DNA from: a virus
Taxonomy: Duplodnaviria; Caudoviricetes
Virus record (IMG/VR): IMGVR_UViG_3300032227_000993
Strand: one strand, 5' to 3'
Length of the DNA: 64,000 bases
The translations under genes were made by a program, and so were the position numbers. Of the stretch, positions 56,898 through 64,000 are shown piece after piece. Within the stretch, counting starts at the first letter, position 1; the number at the start of each line of letters is the position of its first letter. Under the pieces are notes generated by a model. The model had not been told where the DNA came from, did no database searches, and was given only the letters and a program-made list of their open reading frames with translations.

Positions 56898-58970
56898 TTA
56901 AAGTCTTCCGACAACTATTTCAATAACACCTGTAGTGCCTGTAAACGACTCTAAGGCTTTACCAATAACTGAACCAAACACAGGGTTACGTTCAGCACGG
57001 GCGGTTCCATCGCCGTTGCTTACCATCATGGCTCCTTTGGTAACCGATCCAGTTACGCTGGTTGGAACACGTCCTGTTAAGGCCACTATTACCATGTTAG
57101 GATCTACCGCAGCAGTATTCATGATGTAGGCAGGGTTGGTACTTACCACACCAGCAACGGTTGGATCAAGATCTACTGTGCTTTGTGTAACCTCTGCTGT
57201 GCCGCCAAAACTCAACACAGTTCCTGGAGCATAGGGTGTATCAGCAATGTACACTTCGGCCAAGTCGGCATACACAGCAGACGTTGCTTGAGCAAACACA
57301 GTATTGAAGTAGTTGGTTGAGCTACCAATGTTACCTGTTAGGTTGGCTCCAGCATTTACAATGTTATTAACTGTGATAGTACCATTTCCAACTGATAAAT
57401 TACCAGCGGTAATATTGCCAGTGGCTGTGACAAATCCACCGGTTATCACGTTAGCGGCTGTTACGTTGCCACTTGAACTGATAGTGCCTGAGTTCAACGA
57501 TGTTAACGTGCCAACAGCGGTAATGGCTGTTTGACTTGCTGTGGCAATAGTGCCAACTAAACTGGCACCAGTTACATTGCCTGTTACAGATGAGCTGGAT
57601 CCAGTGATAATTCCACCCACTACACTGGCAGCCGCAACAGATCCGGTGGCACTAACCAGGCCAGCGGTAAGGATATTACCACCCGTGACGTTGCCCGTGG
57701 CACTGATCAATCCGCCAGTTAATACATTACCAGCAGTTACATTGGCAGTTGTGGTGACTGGTCCTGCCATGGATACCAAGTTACCTGTGTAGTTTGGAAG
57801 GTAAGCGGCCACTTGAGCATTGCCATAGCCGCCGGCAACAGTCACAGCATTGGTTACAAACGCTGTAGTGGCCAATTGAGTTGAGTTGGTTCCGTTGGCA
57901 GCCGTTACCGCTGATATATTGCCAGTTACAGTTAGGTTGCCAATGTTACCCGAAAAGGTTGGCAAGTAATTGGCCACATTTGAGTTGCCATAGTTAGATC
58001 CACTAAAAGGATTGCCGTTGGCATAAAAATAATTGTCAGTGTAGATACCACCTGTGGTGAATACAAAATTGCCAGTGACTAAATTACCACCTGTGACGTT
58101 GCCCGTGGCACTCAAAGATGCCAGCGTACCCACCGAAGTAATGTTGGGTTGAGCATTTGTTGTAACTGTGGCGGCTGTGCCAGCGCCGACAGCATAAGTG
58201 GCATTGGCCACGGTTCCAGAAATATTAGCAGCAGTAATTGATGTAAGTCTTGCGCCTGATCCGGCAAAATTATTGGCATTGACAATGTTGGCATTGACAT
58301 TGCCATTAGATGTTATTAAATTGGCAGTGACATTTGATGCTGTGATTGGACCGGTCAACAACGGGTCATAAACAGCGTTGGCCCAGTCAATGGTAGTGGT
58401 AGGTTCTGCGACCACATTGCTAAACAGATTCCACGTGCCTGTGAGGTAGTTGCGTACCAATCCTGTGTGTTGATAAACTCCTGGATTGAAACTGGCGACC
58501 AATCCCAAATCAACTGTGTTGGTGAAGTTGTTGGCGCCAATGTAAATTAATGGATCTGATACTACCAAACTTGTGATGTCATTGTAGGTGATGTTGCCAG
58601 AGATAATGGCATTACCAGTGACATTAAGATTACCGCCAATATTGGCATTACCAGTAGTGGTCAAAGTATTAGAACTTAACAATCCAGTGGCTAATAAATT
58701 ACTGCCGGATACGTTTCCGTTGCTGGTAAGTCTAGTGACTACAACACCAGTGGTTGTAAATACCGCAATATTGGCCACGTTTCCAACTGTGATGTTGGCG
58801 TTGCCGCTGGTTATTGGAATAGAAAAGTTAGTGGTTCCGCTGATAATAGCGTTGCCTGGGGTGCTAAAAAGCTGAGAAAAGTTATTGTTAACCTTTTCAA
58901 ATGCGGTCCGTATTGGATCGCCATCTCCGTCGTTTGGTGCCGCACCTACATCAATAATATATTGGGTCAT
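56898..58970 (-). CDS. Tail fibre with gp9/gp10-like N-terminus and C-terminal intramolecular chaperone (peptidase G2-like)
   Basis: IDVGAAPNDGDGDPIRTAF.K.N.NF; C-terminal YADLAE...VSTNPAYIMN...ALTGRVP...IGKALE. Confidence 0.8.
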   Translation of the reverse strand: MTQYIIDVGAAPNDGDGDPIRTAFEKVNNNFSQLFSTPGNAIISGTTNFSIPITSGNANITVGNVANIAVFTTTGVVVTRLTSNGNVSGSNLLATGLLSSNTLTTTGNANIGGNLNVTGNAIISGNITYNDITSLVVSDPLIYIGANNFTNTVDLGLVASFNPGVYQHTGLVRNYLTGTWNLFSNVVAEPTTTIDWANAVYDPLLTGPITASNVTANLITSNGNVNANIVNANNFAGSGARLTSITAANISGTVANATYAVGAGTAATVTTNAQPNITSVGTLASLSATGNVTGGNLVTGNFVFTTGGIYTDNYFYANGNPFSGSNYGNSNVANYLPTFSGNIGNLTVTGNISAVTAANGTNSTQLATTAFVTNAVTVAGGYGNAQVAAYLPNYTGNLVSMAGPVTTTANVTAGNVLTGGLISATGNVTGGNILTAGLVSATGSVAAASVVGGIITGSSSSVTGNVTGASLVGTIATASQTAITAVGTLTSLNSGTISSSGNVTAANVITGGFVTATGNITAGNLSVGNGTITVNNIVNAGANLTGNIGSSTNYFNTVFAQATSAVYADLAEVYIADTPYAPGTVLSFGGTAEVTQSTVDLDPTVAGVVSTNPAYIMNTAAVDPNMVIVALTGRVPTSVTGSVTKGAMMVSNGDGTARAERNPVFGSVIGKALESFTGTTGVIEIVVGRL

Positions 58971-58998
58971 AGCTATAGAATCCTCGTATAGCTATTTA
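58969..58998 (-). promoter_or_regulatory. Late box overlapping a hairpin around the fibre RBS
   Basis: TAA-ATAGCTATA-CGAGGATTC-TATAGCTAT-G: perfect 9-bp stem, SD in the loop. Confidence 0.75.
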
Positions 58999-59036
58999 GC
59001 CAAGGATTAACTACAGCGGGTTTGGGTTATTTTGGC

Positions 59037-59363
59037 TTAGAAAGGGCTAAAACTACTGCCGCAACCGCAGGTAGTTGTGGCCTGCATGCCTGTTATTGTA
59101 AAGGAAGATCCATATGTGTCCTCTTTGTAGTCTACGGTAGCACCTTGTAAATAGCCGCCACTCATAGAATCCACAAGAACATGGATTCCGTCTTGTTCAA
59201 AGTCCCAATCATCTTCGGCTTGTTCTTCGTCTAGAGTAAATCCAGTCTGCATGCCTGAACAACCACCACCTTGAATAAACACCCGTAATTTAAGTTTAGG
59301 GTTCTTTTCTTCTGCTAAAATGTCTTTAATCTTGGTTGCTGCTGATTGTGTTATAGTAATCAT
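59037..59363 (-). CDS. erpA: ErpA/IscA/HesB Fe-S carrier
   Basis: GGGCSG, VLVD..S..YL.G..VDY, CGCGSSF. Confidence 0.9.
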   Translation of the reverse strand: MITITQSAATKIKDILAEEKNPKLKLRVFIQGGGCSGMQTGFTLDEEQAEDDWDFEQDGIHVLVDSMSGGYLQGATVDYKEDTYGSSFTITGMQATTTCGCGSSFSPF

Positions 59364-59364
59364 A

Positions 59365-59913
59365 TTAGATCCGTTCGGAACATACGTCCCAGTTGATAAT
59401 CTTCCAGATGTTATCTAGGTATTTTTCTTTGTCCCACTGGTATTCAAGGCTCCATGCATGCTCCCACCAGTCAACCAGTACACAGATATCTGTCCTAACC
59501 TGATGATTCGGGATGGTTTTAATCGTGCCCGATGTGCTAAGATATACCCAACCTGATCCCTGGATGGCCATGGCCACTTTTTTAAATTCAGCTTTGAAGT
59601 CTTCATATGTTTTAAAGTTTGATTCGATAAGTTCCAACACAGCGCCTCGTGGCTTGTTAGCACCTTTGGGTGCTTGTAGCTGTGGGAAAAACTTGTTGTG
59701 TAGGAAACTACCAGCACGATTAAAAGTGGCATCACCTTCGCCGGCATTGTAGCGTTTGGCGTAGCCTTTGGCTAGATGCTCGTAGTGATACTCGATTGTG
59801 GCAGCACTCATCACAGGCTCCAAGTCCTTGTGAGTGTAGGGCAATGGTGTAGTTTCCAGTTTGGCTGGAACTGTGCTGGCTTCTACTATGTTTATTGTTT
59901 CGCGGATATCCAT
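59365..59913 (-). CDS. sod: Fe/Mn superoxide dismutase
   Basis: LPY...LEPVMS, EYH, LHN, QGSGW, DWWEHAW metal-ligand motifs. Confidence 0.92.
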   Translation of the reverse strand: MDIRETINIVEASTVPAKLETTPLPYTHKDLEPVMSAATIEYHYEHLAKGYAKRYNAGEGDATFNRAGSFLHNKFFPQLQAPKGANKPRGAVLELIESNFKTYEDFKAEFKKVAMAIQGSGWVYLSTSGTIKTIPNHQVRTDICVLVDWWEHAWSLEYQWDKEKYLDNIWKIINWDVCSERI

Positions 59914-59921
59914 ACTATTAC

Positions 59922-60140
59922 TTATCTACGGCGACTGATTCGGCCACGAGTTAAATCGTAAGGGCTAATTTCTACTTCTACAACGTCACCTTCTAATACC
60001 TTGATGTTATTTTGACGCATTCTACCAGACAAAGTAGCAAGAATTGGGGCTTCAAAATTCTCCAGCTTGACCCGATAATTGGTGTTGCGTAATACCTCAG
60101 TGATTACTCCGTCCAGTTTAATAATATTGTCTTTACTCAT
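59922..60140 (-). CDS. infA: Translation initiation factor IF-1
   Basis: G.ITEVL.N..YRV.LEN...LATLSGRMR...I.VLEGD.VEVEISPYDLTRGRI. Confidence 0.95.
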   Translation of the reverse strand: MSKDNIIKLDGVITEVLRNTNYRVKLENFEAPILATLSGRMRQNNIKVLEGDVVEVEISPYDLTRGRISRRR

Positions 60141-60155
60141 TAATATTACTTATCA

Positions 60156-60566
60156 TTAACGGCGCATACTACTAATATCTTTGGCTTCATCATCGCTAAA
60201 CACCGGTACAGCATTGCTTTTGTGCATGGTACCTATACCTTTAATACGGGTGCCTGTGTAGGTATTATCTTTGACTGCTACACACGGAACCCAACCAGTA
60301 TCGCGACTGGCAATATGCGGAGTTTCACGTCCAGGAGGAGTTTTGGGCATGAAGTCCGTCATAGTTTTGCGTGGAGCATTGTGCGGGCCTGTGCTGAACT
60401 TAGGAGCCATCTTGTCAAACTCAACCAGCTTGCGATCCCATTCAGCTTGTCGTTTTTGTGCTAACTTCTTGGCCTCACTGCTGGCCCACTTACGCTTGCC
60501 TTTTTGTTTGCCTGTGGTACTAAGCCACGGACCTTCAAGATGCATAGTCATAGTATTACTCCTCAA
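60156..60566 (-). CDS. Hypothetical basic protein
   Basis: GIGTMHKSNAVPVF...AKDISSMRR; true start probably a few codons downstream. Confidence 0.75.
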   Translation of the reverse strand: MRSNTMTMHLEGPWLSTTGKQKGKRKWASSEAKKLAQKRQAEWDRKLVEFDKMAPKFSTGPHNAPRKTMTDFMPKTPPGRETPHIASRDTGWVPCVAVKDNTYTGTRIKGIGTMHKSNAVPVFSDDEAKDISSMRR

Positions 60567-61308
60567 CCGTTGGACAGTTAGTCATGTTAATGGTGGTTAA
60601 ATGCTCGTTTGGTACACACAACATATTTTGGTAATCAACAATGTAATAAGAATAATTTTCAATGGGACTCAGTGCCTGCTTGATTTCTTTGGCGCCTGTG
60701 ATAAAGTATTCTACCCAGATGTAAGGGCGATACTTGGCAATAGATCCGAGTCCACCTGTCAGGGCTGGTATTTCAAAGCCCTCAACATCTAGCTTGATAA
60801 AATCCAACCTTGGTAACGCCATAGCATCGATACTGATAATGTCCACTACACGATCATTCATCCACCCATCTTCATCCACTGTAGTTTCATCCGATAACGA
60901 AACTGTACCAAAGTCTTGGGCTACACTATAATCTACCGCAGGTAATTGAGCTACACCTGGTTCTTTGCCAAGTCCATAATTATGTAAGAATACATTGTCT
61001 AGTCCATTAAGGGCTAGGCTGCCACTCAAGGCGTTGAACAATTGACGCTGAGGTTCAAAGCCTATGACTCTTCCACCTCGCGGTTTAATGCGCTGAGCCA
61101 CAGGCACAGTAAAGAATCCAATATTGGTACCACCATCCACCACAACACAATCATTGGGTAAGGTAGCTATGATGGCAAAGATATTGGCCAGTTCATCTTC
61201 GATGTGAGTGCGCCCGGTCTTGACCAGGGCCTCAGCTTGAAATGCGCAGGTACGGGCCACAATAAACTTGCCGTACACGCTGTCCAGTACTACAAAGTTA
61301 TCAATCAT
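60556..61308 (-). CDS. FkbM-family methyltransferase
   Basis: VVDGGTNIGFF, FEPQ, DFIKLDVEGFE. Confidence 0.9.
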   Translation of the reverse strand: MIDNFVVLDSVYGKFIVARTCAFQAEALVKTGRTHIEDELANIFAIIATLPNDCVVVDGGTNIGFFTVPVAQRIKPRGGRVIGFEPQRQLFNALSGSLALNGLDNVFLHNYGLGKEPGVAQLPAVDYSVAQDFGTVSLSDETTVDEDGWMNDRVVDIISIDAMALPRLDFIKLDVEGFEIPALTGGLGSIAKYRPYIWVEYFITGAKEIKQALSPIENYSYYIVDYQNMLCVPNEHLTTINMTNCPTVEE

Positions 61309-61336
61309 CTAAGTCGCTATTGTTAATCATACTACT

Positions 61337-61365
61337 ATTTTAACAAATTACGAATTATTTGTCAA
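61337..61365 (-). promoter_or_regulatory. Sigma70 promoter, leaderless onto a 9-codon uORF
   Basis: TTGACA-N17-TAAAAT-N6-ATG (61330). Confidence 0.7.
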
Positions 61366-62038
61366 CCTCTCCGTAGAACAAGTGTTGTCCTGTGCGCTTT
61401 ATGTATGTTTTGGACTTGGCCCAAATAGGACGGATTCCAGCAGCATGAAAGTACATGGCCTTGTTGTATTTGGCGTGATATTCCGGATACTCGCCGTCGG
61501 CTAAGCGTTGGGCAATTTCGCGACTTTCTATCCAGCGTTCGTCATCGGACTTGGGCTTTTTTGCGTAGCCTGAACATACCCAAGAGAATTGGCAAACTGG
61601 AACCTGTTCGGTAACTGTGTGTACAGTTGTTACTTTTTCTGGAGGACCAAAATACCCTACACGGATCATTTCAGTTTTCTTGACTTCCTTGGTTTTGGTA
61701 ACAACTGTGCGAGCCTTGACAACATCACAAACTGATTTACCAAAGCGTGGATCTTGGGCACGGTTGAGAGTAACAATGCCTACGGCGATTTTGCCTTCTG
61801 TGGGTTCTCCACGTGACTCATAAAATATGTTACGAGCCAAACACTCTACATCTCGGTCTGACAGGAATGGAGTGGCGATTAAGTTAACAGTACGCTCTAC
61901 AAAACTTGTAGCTTGTTCTACCACTTGACCGCTAAATGTTGTGTTGTCTGCCAACACAATCGTTTCTTGTTTTACTTCTGCTGCTTGAACTACGGTAACG
62001 CCTACTGCTAATAATAACGATAATAAGATATTCTTCAT
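61355..62038 (-). CDS. SleB-like cell wall hydrolase (Hydrolase_2)
   Basis: CLARNIFYESRGE, VTLNR, CQFSW, YFHA, GQHLFY; signal peptide from MKNILL; AGAGGA SD. Confidence 0.88.
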   Translation of the reverse strand: MKNILLSLLLAVGVTVVQAAEVKQETIVLADNTTFSGQVVEQATSFVERTVNLIATPFLSDRDVECLARNIFYESRGEPTEGKIAVGIVTLNRAQDPRFGKSVCDVVKARTVVTKTKEVKKTEMIRVGYFGPPEKVTTVHTVTEQVPVCQFSWVCSGYAKKPKSDDERWIESREIAQRLADGEYPEYHAKYNKAMYFHAAGIRPIWAKSKTYIKRTGQHLFYGEVDK

Positions 62039-62323
62039 TGTCGTTCCTCTACAGCAATACTGTGCTGTTCCAGCGGAGCCCCCAATGGGCGCATTGACAA
62101 TAATGGTATGTGGAGAATCGTTAGATAACGAGACCTCGGCCTTCTTTGGCATTTACTCTTTTGTGTATCAACATCAATACACAATACCATATTGTCAACG
62201 AAGAGACGTTCCGACGGTCTCTTTCGAAACAGACAACAAAATCATTGTCTGGTGCGTGACTTAGATTTGTATTCCGGACAAGCCCGTCCGGCACTACTGT
62301 TATTCTATTACTAATAATACTTA
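62039..62323 (-). ncRNA. Candidate ~280-nt structured leader or ncRNA
   Basis: At least six stems, including an 18-bp long-range helix; TAAGTA late-like box at 62318-62323. Confidence 0.55.
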
Positions 62324-62390
62324 GTGAGTTTTTACATTCATTGTATATTAAGTTAATGTTTTGTTAATTTTTTACCATAATATGCTACTA

Positions 62391-62972
62391 TTATCTATCT
62401 TCGGCCTTTAATGCGGCCCACATAGCGGTTTTTTCTTTAAGGTCAGCTTCTAACTTACGATATTGGTCGCCTACCTCTTTTAATTCTGTCCATTCTTTTT
62501 CTAATTCAGTGTTTGGAACTAGTATGTTTAATCTTTCTTCCAAGGCTTGTAGTGTGTCTACTAAACTTTTTCCGTTGATGTTGATGTCGGCATCTTTACC
62601 TTCAAGGTTTAACTTGCCGCCGGTTATGGTATTACTAGCCCAAGGGCTTCCGCCCCCAGTACCAGTGGTATATGTGTATCCAGATCCAGTACTAAGGTTG
62701 TTAGCGGAAATAGAAGTGTTGGCGTACCTGGGCGCCACTGTAACTGATGTTGGTGTGTAAGTAGCTGTAGCGGCTGGGCTACTGATAATTACTGTACCCG
62801 AACCTGCGTTAGGAGGTACTGCCCCGTAGCCTGGGTGTAAGGATCCAGACTTTATTGCTGGCAATGGTCCAGCGGTTATGGTTCCTGTGTAGTAGCCTGG
62901 GTCTTCTGTGGTCACAGTTTCTGTTCCGTCACAGTTGTAGCTAATGTCGTATTTTTTTTCCGTAAGATCCAT
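62391..62972 (-). CDS. Hypothetical protein, low-complexity N-terminus and coiled-coil C-terminus
   Basis: Thr/Gly-rich region followed by IEERL-type segment LEERLNILVPN..LEKEW. Confidence 0.7.
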   Translation of the reverse strand: MDLTEKKYDISYNCDGTETVTTEDPGYYTGTITAGPLPAIKSGSLHPGYGAVPPNAGSGTVIISSPAATATYTPTSVTVAPRYANTSISANNLSTGSGYTYTTGTGGGSPWASNTITGGKLNLEGKDADININGKSLVDTLQALEERLNILVPNTELEKEWTELKEVGDQYRKLEADLKEKTAMWAALKAEDR

Positions 62973-63118
62973 GTGCCATCTTTGTTATCAATCCATTCAA
63001 GTGTGTCGCCGACTTCCCAGCCGGCGGCTTCGCACACTTCATCGCCAAGATCCAAAATTAAGTCACCTGTTGCTGGATCCTTGACAATAGTTCTAGTCCA
63101 ATTACTTGGCTGTGGCAA
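62912..63118 (-). CDS. AbrB/MazE-like swapped-hairpin protein
   Basis: GDLILDLGDEVCEAAGWEVGDTLEW pattern. Confidence 0.7.
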   Translation of the reverse strand: MPQPSNWTRTIVKDPATGDLILDLGDEVCEAAGWEVGDTLEWIDNKDGTWILRKKNTTLATTVTEQKL

Positions 63119-63293
63119 GTGCTTCTTTCTCAGCAGTAATTTCTTTACGACGCTCTTTGATGCCTTTGCTCATTTCTTGTAAGGCCTTGCGAGCACGGGC
63201 GGCTGCAGCTTTTACACCTTTGCCTGTAAACTTTTCGTTTTCTGCGATGTAATTATTAAATGCTGTTACGATTGCGTCATGTTGTTGTGACAT
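63102..63293 (-). CDS. Histone H1-like (Hc1-family) DNA-binding protein
   Basis: KGVKAAAARARKALQEM.K.IKERRKEI. Confidence 0.75.
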   Translation of the reverse strand: MSQQHDAIVTAFNNYIAENEKFTGKGVKAAAARARKALQEMSKGIKERRKEITAEKEALATAK

Positions 63294-63333
63294 TGTTATT
63301 TCCTTTATAATTAAAATGTGTACTACAAGTTTA

Positions 63334-63361
63334 ATTATACACGATTTTTATCGTATGTCAA
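63334..63361 (-). promoter_or_regulatory. Sigma70 promoter with palindromic spacer
   Basis: TTGACA-N16-TATAAT; spacer contains ACGAT-AAAA-ATCGT. Confidence 0.75.
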
Positions 63362-63370
63362 ATTTTTAGG

Positions 63371-63613
63371 CTAGAACGAAATGTGTCGTTTTAGGTAAGT
63401 ATCCCATATTAGGATATTATCCCAAGATTGGTTCCAGGTAACCACAAAGATCATTAGTGTATTATGATCAAAGATGTGCATCTTGTTGTCGTCAACTCGA
63501 CATTGTATTGACTTACTGGTATTAGACCATTTTTGTAAGTGATTGCGGGCTTCTGTGTCCCGCATGATGATGGTGTACAATGGGTCACCATTCTTATATA
63601 TTGGCAAGGTCAT
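63371..63613 (-). CDS. Hypothetical protein
   Basis: 80-aa ORF with TAAATA 4 nt before its ATG. Confidence 0.7.
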   Translation of the reverse strand: MTLPIYKNGDPLYTIIMRDTEARNHLQKWSNTSKSIQCRVDDNKMHIFDHNTLMIFVVTWNQSWDNILIWDTYLKRHISF

Positions 63614-63616
63614 TAA

Positions 63617-64000
63617 TTATTTACGCTCAATATCTTCTTCTCGGCAGTTGGTACCATATTGTATTTCTATTATGCGGCAAGGAGATCCAAATGGATTAGT
63701 TAACTGATGCCACGCGCCTACCTGTATTTTGTATTCTTGGTGTGTGCTTAATAGCATTGGCGGTAATTGGTATCCATCTTCGGTAATGGTATTAACTGCG
63801 CAGGCACCTTCCTCTACTATCCAGTACTCAGCTCGTTCATTGTGCTTTTGCATACTCAAGCTCTTACCTGAGTCTACTGTAAGTTCTTTAACTTTCATGC
63901 CAGGTGCTTCGTGTAGTACTCGATAGTAACCCCATTGACGTTCGGTCTTGGGTGCTTTCCATTCTTGTAAAATCCAACTGCTACTATTGGCCTTGTCCTC
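63617..64000 (-). CDS. C-terminal part of a cytidyltransferase / mannose-6-phosphate-isomerase-type cupin fusion (partial)
   Basis: Open from 64000: EDKANSSSWIL...RQWGYYRVL...SLSMQKH..RAEYW...WHQL...IIEIQYG..C.EEDIER. Confidence 0.8.
   Translation of the reverse strand, partial: EDKANSSSWILQEWKAPKTERQWGYYRVLHEAPGMKVKELTVDSGKSLSMQKHNERAEYWIVEEGACAVNTITEDGYQLPPMLLSTHQEYKIQVGAWHQLTNPFGSPCRIIEIQYGTNCREEDIERK

Noticed and set aside
2151-62152. Longest-ORF start sites for several genes (3359, 14553, 29840, 36120, 36987, 48984, 52344, 62152)
   Set aside because: The extensions overlap upstream genes or promoters; downstream ATGs fit SD, coupling or promoter spacing better
62094-62198. Two inward-facing TTGACA boxes as convergent promoters
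   Set aside because: Neither has a usable -10 box at 16-18 nt; they are better explained as arms of the long helix
62215-62262. c-di-GMP-I riboswitch, suggested by GUCACGCAC and UUCGAAAGAG
   Set aside because: The conserved GGCAAA and GCAAAG core segments are missing
1585-63926. Short antisense and nested ORFs in the six-frame track (e.g. 1585-1800, 5053-5451, 26979-27368, 41630-41872)
   Set aside because: They shadow long, motif-supported genes, lack RBS or promoter support and have no recognisable motifs
1-64000. Stop-codon reassignment
   Set aside because: Conserved genes such as polB, clpA and phoH are intact and densely packed under the standard code, and TAA, TGA and TAG all end genes
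1-64000. tRNA or tmRNA genes, diversity-generating retroelement, retron
   Set aside because: No cloverleaf with T-loop consensus in the intergenic gaps, and no reverse transcriptase motif or template/variable repeat pair seen by eye

Overview
A 64-kb, AT-rich segment of a large T4-like (myovirus-type) phage genome. Almost all genes are on the - strand. A spanin pair, a Bug/TctC binding protein and an ErpA-like gene point to a Gram-negative, probably betaproteobacterial, host (inference). The window holds: a 7-deazaguanine DNA-modification-like cluster with sugar enzymes (0.6-6.6 kb); replication genes (sliding clamp, family B polymerase, DsbA-like protein, clamp loader, a non-catalytic DnaE fragment); a block of modular, probably protease-processed head proteins carrying enzyme domains (15-23 kb); ClpA, DnaJ and GroES; a full lysis cassette; large tail-fibre and baseplate genes; and host-type genes (Dps, SOD, ErpA, IF-1, PhoH, TctC). 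The strongest unexplained signals are four. (1) A compact structured RNA-like element whose 3' tail is complementary to the DNA polymerase leader 1.16 kb away. (2) The polyprotein cluster with capsid-targeting-like N-termini and repeated hydrophobic-x-E sites. (3) Widespread leaderless promoter architecture, plus late-promoter-coupled hairpins that occlude ribosome-binding sites. (4) A ~280-nt structured leader before the cell-wall hydrolase gene. All assignments come from reading motifs by eye; no searches or folding computations were run. No tRNA, CRISPR array or reverse transcriptase was seen.
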